A stretch of DNA of 64,000 bases from Candidatus Micrarchaeota archaeon (GTDB lineage: Archaea > Micrarchaeota > Micrarchaeia > Norongarragalinales > Norongarragalinaceae), in assembly GCA_016207165.1 (NCBI GenBank), contig JACQQD010000008.1:32001-96000 (forward strand), given 5' to 3'. This document shows positions 36,907-45,693 of this stretch, one piece after another. The stretch's first letter is position 1. Every line of letters starts with the position of its first letter. The translations under genes and the position numbers were made by a program. The notes beneath the pieces were generated by a model that saw only the letters and a list, made by a program, of their open reading frames with translations, was not told the origin of the DNA and made no database searches.

Positions 36907-38412
36907 ATGCGAAAACCTCTTGCCTCGCGCGTGCTGGACCGAATGCATGGCGTTGATTCCGCCGTCCGAGAGGATCCTCGTGTCAAGCCGTTCATCAAGA
37001 ATGCCATTCGGCTGGCTTCGGATCGCGTCAGGGACCCCCGGGGAATTCTGCGTGATTTGGTGCGAAATCGCGATCTCGTGGAACGACTTTCCTCGGCGGT
37101 TTCAAATAAAAAAGCCATTCGCGGCATGCTCCACACACTGCTGGTCCGCCATCCTGAATCGGCTGTGGACGCGTACTCGGCGGTGCTTGAACATGATTTC
37201 CGAAGGACGCATCATGTGTCACTTTCTGAAGCGGAGTCCTCCAGGGAGGAAAAGCTCGCGTCCGCGGCGGCGCTTACGCGTGAGCGGTTGTCTCTAGTTC
37301 GAACGCAGCTAGTTGATGCGGTCAAAGGGTACACGCATGCTTTTTCAGGAGGGGGCATTGCGCCGACCCCGTATGCGCTGATTGAAGAAACAAGGCCCGA
37401 ACTCCATCTTCTCCCCGGAAAAGGCGGCTTCGCCTATGAGGATAAGCTCAACGTGAAGGAACTTTGCGAAGCCGCCAACCGCCAGGGCGTTGACCCCAAC
37501 GTCTTGTTGGATCACTTCAGCGAAATACCGCCTCGAATGTTGCTGGAATTGGACATGGATCCAGCTGGGCGAGTGCATCCCGCGTTGGACGTGTTGCTGT
37601 TTCGGGAACCCGATCCCGTCTTTCCTGGTTTTCTTCCGTATGCGCATCGCATCCTCGAAACCGCACGCCGGGAAAATCCAGGACTTCTCAAAGAGTTCGG
37701 GGTAACGGATACCCGAAAAAAAGCGGAGGAGATCGCGGAGAAGGCCGAGCGAGCCACTCTGAATTACTACAAGCGCCATGAACTCCCGGTTGACCGCGCG
37801 AAAGGAGGGGAGGCCATCGCACCCCCTTTGTTTCGTCGACTTTCGTTCTGGTGGAATGGGCTGCCGATGAATTTTGCATCCAATTCCTTTGTCAACAATT
37901 TTTTTCGCATTCTCAAGGAAAAGCATCAACGGCCCCTTTTGTCAGATCGCCAAAACATTTTGATGGAGCTAAAGCCACGTCCTCGTGGTCTTTTTCCATT
38001 TTTTGGCTTCACGGACTTGCGATCGTTTGGCCGCGTGATTTCAAGGGAGAACCTGGAATTGCCTTTGGACCCTGAAGTAGACCGCGAACCCGAGGACCGT
38101 TATGGTACGTTTTTTGATCGCGTTACGCCGGATGCGTACGGCTTGGACGTGCATTACCTGATGTTATCCGACCCATCCGTTGTCAAGCGGGCACATCGTG
38201 CGCTTTACACGGTGTATATGCGACGAAGATGGGATTACCACGTAGAGGGTCTTGTTGACCGTTTTACCACAGGCCGTTATCAGCTCCAGAAAAAACGGGA
38301 TTTAGAAATCGATGCGGCATGCGACGAAGCAGATCAAAACATCGACTGGTACCGGGAACACTTTCTGGAAGCCCGCCGCATCCGCCTGTCCAAATCCGGC
38401 CGGAACAGCTAG
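36907..38412 (+). CDS. Large hypothetical soluble protein
   Basis: 501-aa open frame; CTTAAAAA box ~25 bp before ATG 36907; atypical codon usage. Confidence 0.7.
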   Translation: MRKPLASRVLDRMHGVDSAVREDPRVKPFIKNAIRLASDRVRDPRGILRDLVRNRDLVERLSSAVSNKKAIRGMLHTLLVRHPESAVDAYSAVLEHDFRRTHHVSLSEAESSREEKLASAAALTRERLSLVRTQLVDAVKGYTHAFSGGGIAPTPYALIEETRPELHLLPGKGGFAYEDKLNVKELCEAANRQGVDPNVLLDHFSEIPPRMLLELDMDPAGRVHPALDVLLFREPDPVFPGFLPYAHRILETARRENPGLLKEFGVTDTRKKAEEIAEKAERATLNYYKRHELPVDRAKGGEAIAPPLFRRLSFWWNGLPMNFASNSFVNNFFRILKEKHQRPLLSDRQNILMELKPRPRGLFPFFGFTDLRSFGRVISRENLELPLDPEVDREPEDRYGTFFDRVTPDAYGLDVHYLMLSDPSVVKRAHRALYTVYMRRRWDYHVEGLVDRFTTGRYQLQKKRDLEIDAACDEADQNIDWYREHFLEARRIRLSKSGRNS

Positions 38413-38579
38413 CCAATCAAGTACCCGCCGTCCACCACGAGCACGTGGCCGGTGACGGCGTCGTTCTGGCAGAGAAGCAAGACGCCGTTCGCGCCTTTTT
38501 CGCCAAACGCCAAGGCGGTGGCGGAACCGATGCCGGAACTGGAGCCCGTAACCAAGACCATTTTGTCTTTGACGTCCAT
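38409..38579 (-). pseudogene. Internally deleted short-chain dehydrogenase (SDR)
   Basis: MDVKDKMVLVTGSSSGIGSATALAF fused in frame to VTGHVLVVDGG; only 56 aa. Confidence 0.82.
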
Positions 38580-38605
38580 GGATGGACGTGTTGGCGGCGT
38601 GGGGG

Positions 38606-40363
38606 TTAATGGCTTGCGGGGTGGTCCGGCGTGTGGGTAGCGTGGTGTTGGACGGCGGCGGCCACAAAGGCTTTGAAAAGCGGTTGGGGGGAAAGCGGGC
38701 GGGACGTGAATTCGGGATGGAACTGGACGCCGACGAAGAAGGGGTGGTTGGGCAATTCCAGGATTTTCATGATGGGGTGCTTGGGGTCTTTGCCGGAAAA
38801 AACGATTCCGCTTTTTTCGAATAACTCGATGTATTTGGGGTTGCACTCGTATCGGTGCCGAAAGCGTTCGCGAATCGACGTGGCGCCGTAGTATTTTTCG
38901 GCCAGGGTGTCCTTGACGATGTGGATGTTTTGTCCGCCCAGCCGCATGTTGCCGCCCAGCCCCTCTTTCTCTTTTTGTTCCGGCAGAATGTCGACGACGT
39001 CTTCCTTTGTCTCGGGATCGATTTCCGTGGTGTTCGCGTTTTTCAGGCCCAAGACGTTGCGGGCAAATTCCACCAGAGCCATCTGGAAGCCGTAGCACAA
39101 GCCAAAGTAAGGGAGTTTTTGTTCGCGGGCGTGCTGGATGCACAGGATTTTGCCTTCCGCGCCGCGCGCGCCAAAGCCTCCGGGCACGATGACGCCGTCA
39201 ACGCCTTCCAGTGTTTTCGCGGCGTCCTCCCGTGACTTGATTTTCGTTGTTTCCACCCACTCCACAATGACGTGGGCGTCATTGGCCGCTCCGGCATGTT
39301 CCAAGGCGTTCAGGATGGAGGCGTACGCGTCGTGCAGGCCCGTGTATTTTCCGGTGATGGCGATTTTGATTTCGGTTTTCGGGGACTTGATTTTTTCTTC
39401 GAATTCCTGCCAGCGCGCCAACGCCTTTTCCTGGGTCTTGAGTTTCGCTTTCAGCTGCAGGATATCGGTGACGGCCGCGTCGGCGCCGGCTTGCTTGATG
39501 GCCAGGGGCACGGCGTAAATGCTTTCCGCGTCCGGCAAACTGATGACTCGGTCCAGCGGCACGTTGGAGAAAATCGAGAGTTTCTCGCGGATTTTTTCGG
39601 GGATGGGTTCGTGCGACCGGCAGACCACCAAATGGGGTTGGATGCCCATGCTCATCAACTGGCGGATGCCCAGTTGCGCGGCCTTGGACTTGTGTTCGCC
39701 CAAGGAATCGGGTTTGAGGATGTACGTGACGTTAACGAAGCAGGAATTGCCGGGGCCCTCCTCGTACGCCATTTCGCGAAGCGCTTCAATGGCGTAGCTG
39801 TTTTCGATGTCCCCCACGGTTCCGCCCACTTCGATGAGCACCACGTCGGCTTGCGTCTGTACCGCCAGGGTGCGGATGAAGGACTTGATTTCCCCGGTGA
39901 CGTGCGGAATGAATTGCACGTCGCGGCCGAGGTATTTGCCGTCGCGTTCGCGTTGAATGATTCCGGAGAACAGTTTTCCGGCGGTCAAGTAATTTTGTTT
40001 CGAAAGCTCTTGGTCCAGGAAGCGTTCGTACGTGCCGAGGTCCATGTCGCATTCCGTGCCGTCGTCCAGGACAAAAACTTCTCCGTGGCGGTAGGGGTTC
40101 AAGGTGCCGGCGTCCACGTTCAAGTAGCCGTCGAACTTCATGGCCTCGACTTTCAGCCCCTGGTCCTTGAGGAGTTTGGCAAGCGACGCGGAAAAAATGC
40201 CTTTGCCGACTCCTGAAATCACGGAGCCGGTGACGATGACGTACTTGGTCTTCCCGAATTCGTAGTTTTTGGGGATGGGGGTGTAGAATTCGTGTTCGTC
40301 GGTTTTCTTTGCGAGGCTCTTGATGAGCTGTTCCTGTTCGGTTTGCTCTTTTTTGGCGATCAT
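38606..40363 (-). CDS. pyrG: CTP synthase
   Basis: TKYVIVTG.V.SG.GKG, NVDAGTLNPYRHGEVFV, GLCYG.Q, RHRYE, QFHPEF. Confidence 0.97.
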   Translation of the reverse strand: MIAKKEQTEQEQLIKSLAKKTDEHEFYTPIPKNYEFGKTKYVIVTGSVISGVGKGIFSASLAKLLKDQGLKVEAMKFDGYLNVDAGTLNPYRHGEVFVLDDGTECDMDLGTYERFLDQELSKQNYLTAGKLFSGIIQRERDGKYLGRDVQFIPHVTGEIKSFIRTLAVQTQADVVLIEVGGTVGDIENSYAIEALREMAYEEGPGNSCFVNVTYILKPDSLGEHKSKAAQLGIRQLMSMGIQPHLVVCRSHEPIPEKIREKLSIFSNVPLDRVISLPDAESIYAVPLAIKQAGADAAVTDILQLKAKLKTQEKALARWQEFEEKIKSPKTEIKIAITGKYTGLHDAYASILNALEHAGAANDAHVIVEWVETTKIKSREDAAKTLEGVDGVIVPGGFGARGAEGKILCIQHAREQKLPYFGLCYGFQMALVEFARNVLGLKNANTTEIDPETKEDVVDILPEQKEKEGLGGNMRLGGQNIHIVKDTLAEKYYGATSIRERFRHRYECNPKYIELFEKSGIVFSGKDPKHPIMKILELPNHPFFVGVQFHPEFTSRPLSPQPLFKAFVAAAVQHHATHTPDHPASH

Positions 40364-40473
40364 GCACCCACGTTCCAACACAACGACTGGCGTCTAAGGC
40401 TGAAAGGGCTAAAAAATCCGTGCCTGTTATTCTTTTCGTGGCGGAAGTATTTAAGCGTTCACGTGGCCTTTTC

Positions 40474-40845
40474 TCACAAAAGCAACAGGACGATGAGCAC
40501 GAAGACCAGCACGCTTTGGAGGCTGGTTCCGCCGGTCATGGCCGCCGCGGTTTCTGTCAGCGAAATGGGGCCGACCAGTCGATTGAACAGCTGCACGCCG
40601 CCAAGTCCCAATAAGACGATGATGACCCAGGGCAGGATGCCTAAGATGAATGCGATGATGCCAAAGACGATGTTGATTCCGACGATGGCTTTAAACACGT
40701 CCAGAAGCAGGCTCCAGGCGTAAAACGAGGCGCCGGTGCCGAAGCCGTTTTCGCCCAAGCCCATCAAGACGACGGTGGCGAACAGAAGCCCGTAAAACCA
40801 AAGAATCGGGCCTTCCAAGCGAAACACGGAATCCAGGATTCCCAT
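40474..40845 (-). CDS. Small multi-pass membrane protein
   Basis: Hydrophobic ORF directly downstream of gatB. Confidence 0.6.
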   Translation of the reverse strand: MGILDSVFRLEGPILWFYGLLFATVVLMGLGENGFGTGASFYAWSLLLDVFKAIVGINIVFGIIAFILGILPWVIIVLLGLGGVQLFNRLVGPISLTETAAAMTGGTSLQSVLVFVLIVLLLL

Positions 40846-40866
40846 ACCACTATGCGGTGGTAACAA

Positions 40867-42246
40867 TCACTTTTTAAGGTTTTGGATGGTGGCTTTCAGT
40901 TTTTCTCGGACTTCGTTGGGTTGAAACCCTCGGTGGCGCTTGAGGAACTCGCCCAGCAAGAATTCCAGGGATTTTTCCTTGCCGGCAAGGTATTCCGAAA
41001 CGGCTTGGGGATTGGATTTCAGGACTTCCGCAACCAGTTCGTCCATCTCGCCTCCTTTCTGTGCGGAGAGAAAGTGCTGAATGGGTTTTTGATGGGTGAC
41101 CATTTCCTTGATGTATTCCTTGGCGGCGCGCTCCGTGATTTTTCCGCTGGACACGGCGGACAACAACGCATCCAGTTCCTGGACGGCCAGCGCTTTGTGC
41201 GGTTCCCAGATGCCGTGGTAGTTCATGCACTTGAGTAAATCTCCGCACACCCACTTCGCCAAAAACAGTTTGTCCGGCGTCTTCGAGGATTCAAAGTAAG
41301 GCGCGAGATTCTGGAAAACGAGCACTTCGGCGTATTGGGCGGGGACGAAATGGGAGAGGCGCCTCGTGGCGATTTCTGGGAGTTCCTTCATGGCGGAAAG
41401 CGTTTCCTCCAGGAATGCCTCGTCCAAGTACAGGGGGGGCAGGTCGGGTTCCACGATGTAGCCGTAGTCTTCTTCCTGTTCCTTGGTGCGCATCAACAGC
41501 GTGGTGTTGGTCTCTTCGGAGTAAAGCCGGGTTTGGCGTTCGACGTTCTCGCCGCTTTGCTTGGCTTTGCGCTGGCGGAAGAACTCGGCTTGGAGTGCCT
41601 TTTCCACGGCTACAAAGCTGGTGATGTTCTTGATTTCGACGCGCTCTCCGCCTGGAATGGATAGGTTCGCGTCGGTTTTCATGACGCGTTCGTTTTGTGC
41701 GTCAATGACGCCCAAATACGACAACTTCTTGAACAACGCCTCCAAGTACGCTTTGGCGTCCGCCGGACTTTTCAGGCAGGGGTCCGTCACGATTTCAGCC
41801 AGTGGCATGCCGGAGCGGTTGTAATCCAACAAACTGTACGTGCTGTTGGCCATGTTGCCGTGCGGGTACACGATTTGCGCGGGGTCCTCCTCCAAGTGCA
41901 GTCGCGTCAGCGTTACGGTAATTTTTCCGTTGACGTTCAGCGCGCCTTTTTCGGCCAAAGGCGAGTCGTATTGCGTGATTTGGTAATTCTTGGACAAGTC
42001 CGGATAATAGTACGTCTTTCGCGCGAACAAGCTTTTACGGTTCAACTGCATCCCCAAGGCGGTGGCGGCCTGGACGGCGAGTTTCACGGCTTTCTCGTTG
42101 GTTACCGGCTTTGAACCCGGCAAGCCCAAACAGATTTCGCAGGTGTGGGCGTTGGGCTCCGCGGGAGCGGTAGGGCAGCCGCAGAAAAGCTTGGTTTCCG
42201 TGTCGAGGGTGACGTGCGTCTCCAACCCGATTTTCATTTCACTCAT
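40867..42246 (-). CDS. gatB: Asp/Glu-tRNA amidotransferase subunit B
   Basis: IGLETH..TKLFC, RKTYYYPDL.KNYQITQ, HLEED, DYNRSG.PL.EIVT, RVEIKN. Confidence 0.96.
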   Translation of the reverse strand: MSEMKIGLETHVTLDTETKLFCGCPTAPAEPNAHTCEICLGLPGSKPVTNEKAVKLAVQAATALGMQLNRKSLFARKTYYYPDLSKNYQITQYDSPLAEKGALNVNGKITVTLTRLHLEEDPAQIVYPHGNMANSTYSLLDYNRSGMPLAEIVTDPCLKSPADAKAYLEALFKKLSYLGVIDAQNERVMKTDANLSIPGGERVEIKNITSFVAVEKALQAEFFRQRKAKQSGENVERQTRLYSEETNTTLLMRTKEQEEDYGYIVEPDLPPLYLDEAFLEETLSAMKELPEIATRRLSHFVPAQYAEVLVFQNLAPYFESSKTPDKLFLAKWVCGDLLKCMNYHGIWEPHKALAVQELDALLSAVSSGKITERAAKEYIKEMVTHQKPIQHFLSAQKGGEMDELVAEVLKSNPQAVSEYLAGKEKSLEFLLGEFLKRHRGFQPNEVREKLKATIQNLKK

Positions 42247-43531
42247 GGGGTTGTTCTACCTGTCGTGCGACGTCGCTCAGTGTTTTTTCCTGGAAGTGAT
42301 TTGTGATGATCTGGAGGCCGACGGGCAATCCGGAAACACGGCCGCAGGGAATGCTGGCATGCGGCAAGCCGGCGAGGTTGGGGGCGCCGGTGCAGATGTC
42401 CATGGCGTAGTGTTCCAGGGGCGAGAGTCTTTCAATTTCCCGAAAACGCGGAGCCACGCATGGCATGGAAGGCGTGATGAGTGCATCGTATTTCTCAAAG
42501 AGTTTCTTGAATTCTCGGATGACCAAGGTTCGGACTTTCGCGGCTTTCTCGTAGTATTTTCCGCGGTAGCCGGCGGTGCGGGCAAACGAGCCCAAAATCA
42601 GGCGGCGCTTGGCTTCGGCGCCAAAACCCTGGGCGCGCACGCGGGAAAAGTATTCCGTGTACGTCTCGGATTCTTCGGGTTTCGGCTGGATGCCGTACCG
42701 CAGGCCGCAGTACTTGGCCAAGTTCGTTGACGCTTCGCTCATGGCCAACACGTAGTAGGCGTAGAGTCCGGGGTCCGCCAACGGAAACGGCGCCTCTTCC
42801 ACGGCGACGCCTTGGGCTTGCAGTTGGCCTGCGGCTTTTTGGCACTGTTTTTGGATGGATGCATCCGTCTTCTCCCAAATCGTCGTCAGCAACGCGATTT
42901 GGTTCGTGCGTTTTTTTTCCGGGAATGGTTTCGTGGTTGTCGCGTCTTTTTCGTCGGGTCCGGCCATGGCGTAAAGCAAGCGGAATGCGTCCTGGACGGT
43001 GGTGGCCATGACTCCGATTTTGTCCAACGAATTGGCGTAGTCAATCAATCCCCAGCGCGACACCCGCCCGTACGTGGGCGTCAACCCCACCACGCCGCAG
43101 AAGGCCGCCGGAGCCGTGATGCTGCCGCCGGTGGACTCCGCTACGGAGGGCATGCCGGTAAACGCCGTGAACGCGGCGGATCCCCCCGATGATCCCCCGG
43201 TGCAACGCAATGCGTCGTGCGGGTTTTTCGGGATTTTCTCGGTGTTGACGTTGAACGTCCCGAACCCGAATTCGTCCATTACGGTTTTGCCCGCCACCAC
43301 GGCGCCTTGGTCGATGAGTCGTTGGACGCACGTCGCCGTAAAAGGCGGCACGTAGCCCTCCAAAATTTTCGAGCCGGCGCGCGCCGGCATGCCTTGCACG
43401 CACAGGTTGTCCTTGACGGCGATGACCGTATTGGAAAGCGGACCCGACTTGGCGGGCCCTAGTTTTTCCGGGATGAATTGCATGCAGTCCAACTTCTTGT
43501 CGGCCTGCCGGGTTTTTTCCAAGGCGTTCAT
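42239..43531 (-). CDS. gatA: Asp/Glu-tRNA amidotransferase subunit A
   Basis: VKDN, GGSSGGS, ESTGGSI, PTYGRVSRWG, GLRYG, GLPVGLQ. Confidence 0.96.
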   Translation of the reverse strand: MNALEKTRQADKKLDCMQFIPEKLGPAKSGPLSNTVIAVKDNLCVQGMPARAGSKILEGYVPPFTATCVQRLIDQGAVVAGKTVMDEFGFGTFNVNTEKIPKNPHDALRCTGGSSGGSAAFTAFTGMPSVAESTGGSITAPAAFCGVVGLTPTYGRVSRWGLIDYANSLDKIGVMATTVQDAFRLLYAMAGPDEKDATTTKPFPEKKRTNQIALLTTIWEKTDASIQKQCQKAAGQLQAQGVAVEEAPFPLADPGLYAYYVLAMSEASTNLAKYCGLRYGIQPKPEESETYTEYFSRVRAQGFGAEAKRRLILGSFARTAGYRGKYYEKAAKVRTLVIREFKKLFEKYDALITPSMPCVAPRFREIERLSPLEHYAMDICTGAPNLAGLPHASIPCGRVSGLPVGLQIITNHFQEKTLSDVARQVEQPHE

Positions 43532-43538
43532 TCTGGGT

Positions 43539-43814
43539 TCACCGCATCATGCGGGGGCCTTTGAGGTACCCTTTCTCTTTCCGGCTATGGTTTCCGGTGG
43601 GGTTTGTGCAGGGTTTTGGTTCGTCCGGCCGCAGCCTCGGCGAAAGCGCCACGGGGTGATAAGATGGTTCAACGCCGTTGGTGTCGATTTGGTCCAACGC
43701 GTCAAAGGCTTTCAAGACATCTTGGAGTTGCTGGGAAAGAATTCGAATTTCTTTGTCGGAAAGCGCCAGGCGCTGGGCGACGGCTATGTTATTGATTTTT
43801 TCCTTTAAATCCAA
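43539..43814 (-). CDS. gatC: Asp/Glu-tRNA amidotransferase subunit C
   Basis: RL.LSD.E, IDT.GVEP, LRPDEP, GYLKGPR; TTG start inferred. Confidence 0.85.
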   Translation of the reverse strand: MDLKEKINNIAVAQRLALSDKEIRILSQQLQDVLKAFDALDQIDTNGVEPSYHPVALSPRLRPDEPKPCTNPTGNHSRKEKGYLKGPRMMR

Positions 43815-43906
43815 AATAATCCCCTGTAACGCCGAATTGAAGGAGTTCTCCTGTGGGCGTGTTGAAAGAAAAAGGTATTTGTTGGCCGCCGGCCACGCGG
43901 TAACGC

Positions 43907-44110
43907 GTGGCGGAAAAACCAAGGAGTCGACGCGGGCAATCGCATGGCACCATGGCGGTGGCGGTCATGGTTTTGTTGGTGCCCGTGGTGCCGGTGGCGT
44001 ACTGGTTCACGGATCATCTCGCCCCCGTGTTTAACTGGTTTGAGGGCCCCCAGATTCTCGCGGCCACCGCCGTTTTGGCGTGGATGTTTTTCCAGAAGTT
44101 CCACTATTAA
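43907..44110 (+). CDS. Small two-TM protein, possible class III-like leader
   Basis: RRG|Q followed by hydrophobic stretch, but lacks E+5. Confidence 0.5.
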   Translation: MAEKPRSRRGQSHGTMAVAVMVLLVPVVPVAYWFTDHLAPVFNWFEGPQILAATAVLAWMFFQKFHY

Positions 44111-44206
44111 AAAGAGCGCCCGAGGTCAGGACTCGAAGGTCGCCCCAGGGGGCTCCGCCCCCTTGGCCCGACCTAGGCCTCGACCCCCGACTAGCTTTTT
44201 GAATCG
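44110..44206 (-). mobile_element. 69-bp hairpin element (family B) plus duplicated tRNA 3' end
   Basis: 44207-44233 repeated at 44110-44137 (1-nt insertion); same AGGGGGCGGAGCCCCCTG core as at 12073. Mobility is inferred. Confidence 0.65.
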
Positions 44207-44213
44207 AAAAGAG

Positions 44214-44338
44214 CGCCCGAGGTCGGACTCGAACCGACGGCCTGCTGATTTCTGTGGATTCAATGAGTTTGCCGACGACCCAAAGTCGGCGGTTACGCTC
44301 TTAACAGTCAGCCGCTCTACCTGCTGAGCTACCCGGGC
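44214..44338 (-). tRNA. tRNA-Asn(GUU) with 52-nt intron at 37/38 (44250-44301); CCA not encoded
   Basis: GCCCGGG/CUCGGGC acceptor, UAGCUCAG D-arm, GCUGA-CU-GUU-A/A-UCAGC anticodon arm, GUUCGAGUC T-loop; 73 nt after splicing. Confidence 0.95.
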
Positions 44339-44443
44339 TTTTATGCGGAATGGATTTGTCGGGCGTGTGCATTTTAAGGATTGCGTTTTGCGGCTAAATG
44401 GCCTTTGGGCGTTCAGGAAAACGGGGTTTCTTTCTGATGCGCC

Positions 44444-44492
44444 TACAGCAAGCCAAGAAAATAACACGACAAAATAGTCCGGGTTTGCTATA
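44444..44492. repeat. Family A palindromic unit
   Basis: TACAGCAAGCC...CACGACAAAATAG...GGTTTGCTATA, matching the 52131 copy. Confidence 0.75.
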
Positions 44493-44519
44493 GACTGAAA
44501 ACCGATTCCAGAATGGACG

Positions 44520-44557
44520 AAAAGAAAAAGAAAGAGGAAAAAGGGGGCTGCGCCCCC
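44520..44557 (-). terminator. Hairpin + T-tract terminator
   Basis: GGGGGC-GCA-GCCCCC-TTTTTCCTCTTT on minus strand just after the operon's last stop. Confidence 0.75.
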
Positions 44558-44567
44558 AACGACGCGC

Positions 44568-44876
44568 CTAGTGGCCGATGATGACGGTACGCTTGGATTG
44601 AAGGGTGCGTTGCTTGCGGAACTCCTTGAGTTGGTAGAAGTACACGGCGGCCGACAAGGCCGGCACGGCCAGGACGAGGTTGACGAAGAGCAGGTAGATG
44701 CCTAAAACCGTTAGGGCCATGAAGTAAAAATTGAACCGCACGTACTCCTTCCACAACGTCAAAAAGCGCGCGATGTAGTCCCACCGCGTCGTCGCCCTCA
44801 GCATCGGTGCCTTGCTCTCGGTGACGGCCATCGAGAGCGTGACGCCGGGGTTGTGCTGGATTTCGTCGTGTGCCAT
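44568..44876 (-). CDS. Two-TM membrane protein (paralog 4)
   Basis: GGAGGTGA SD; RWDYIARFLTLWKEY + helical hairpin + basic tail. Confidence 0.8.
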   Translation of the reverse strand: MAHDEIQHNPGVTLSMAVTESKAPMLRATTRWDYIARFLTLWKEYVRFNFYFMALTVLGIYLLFVNLVLAVPALSAAVYFYQLKEFRKQRTLQSKRTVIIGH

Positions 44877-44881
44877 AATTC

Positions 44882-45004
44882 CTACTTCACCTCCAATTTA
44901 GCGAAGCGAAGGGCGGAGCGTTGCGATCGATGCAACGCATCGATCGCTTCCAACGCCGTGGCCTTCGCAAACTCTTTTTTTTCCATCTTGTTTTTTTCTT
45001 CCAT
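44882..45004 (-). CDS. Possible 40-aa peptide (contains family C repeat)
   Basis: MEEKKQDGKKEFAKATALEAIDALHRSQRSALRFAKLEVK exactly fills the gap; may be non-coding. Confidence 0.35.
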   Translation of the reverse strand: MEEKNKMEKKEFAKATALEAIDALHRSQRSALRFAKLEVK

Positions 45005-45015
45005 GGTGTCGTTGC

Positions 45016-45480
45016 CTACTTGGCGTAGTACAGGGCCTTGCCCTTGAACCACGTCACGTTCCAGGGTGGCTCAATGAGGCGTTGCGACCAGAACAATCCG
45101 GTCAGAAACGCGAACGCCGCCGAGACGTACAAGTTGATGTTGTAGAAGAACACCATGAGGATGAACGCCACCACCGCCCAAAAGTAGAAGCGGTAGGCGG
45201 TGCCCAACCCGCCGCGAAACGAGCTGTCCAACAGTTCCGACAGGAATTTGGAACGCGTTTTGACGTGCATGGTGTGCACCGGCACTTCTTTCCCGCCTTC
45301 CTTCATGTTGCCGCCGCGTTGTCCAATGGGCACGTACATGTGGTGGAATTGCCGGGGGCCGGGTCCGTGGCCGCCTCCGCCATGCGCGTGCGGCGCGTAG
45401 TGGGCACTGCCGTGCGCCTTGACGTGGTCGCGCAAGTCCCTCGCGTTGATTCCGTGAATTTTTCCGTGTCCTTCGCTCAT
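45016..45480 (-). CDS. His-rich two-TM membrane protein (paralog 3)
   Basis: 10 His in first 47 aa; RSKFLSELL + two TMs. Confidence 0.8.
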   Translation of the reverse strand: MSEGHGKIHGINARDLRDHVKAHGSAHYAPHAHGGGGHGPGPRQFHHMYVPIGQRGGNMKEGGKEVPVHTMHVKTRSKFLSELLDSSFRGGLGTAYRFYFWAVVAFILMVFFYNINLYVSAAFAFLTGLFWSQRLIEPPWNVTWFKGKALYYAK

Positions 45481-45481
45481 T

Positions 45482-45682
45482 TCAGCTCACACTCAACAGC
45501 CAGTAGATGACCGTGAAGACCACCACGGCATTGATGATCCAGTCCGGCAAAATCAAGCCGTGGTCAAACATGCCTGTTTTGAAGTCCGTCGGCCCGTCAA
45601 TGATTTTGACGAGGCCGAAGTCTTCCAGTAGGGACATGAGGTGGGTCTCCCACGGGGCATCCGGTTCCTCGTATTCAGCCAT
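45482..45682 (-). CDS. Acidic 66-aa C-terminally anchored membrane protein
   Basis: Tight spacing in operon; single C-terminal TM. Confidence 0.75.
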   Translation of the reverse strand: MAEYEEPDAPWETHLMSLLEDFGLVKIIDGPTDFKTGMFDHGLILPDWIINAVVVFTVIYWLLSVS

Positions 45683-45693
45683 TTTTTTCTACC

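Noticed and set aside
38580-39143. Long upstream part of the 244-aa minus ORF 38409-39143
   Set aside because: Overlaps pyrG out of frame; only the last 56 codons (SDR relic) are meaningful.
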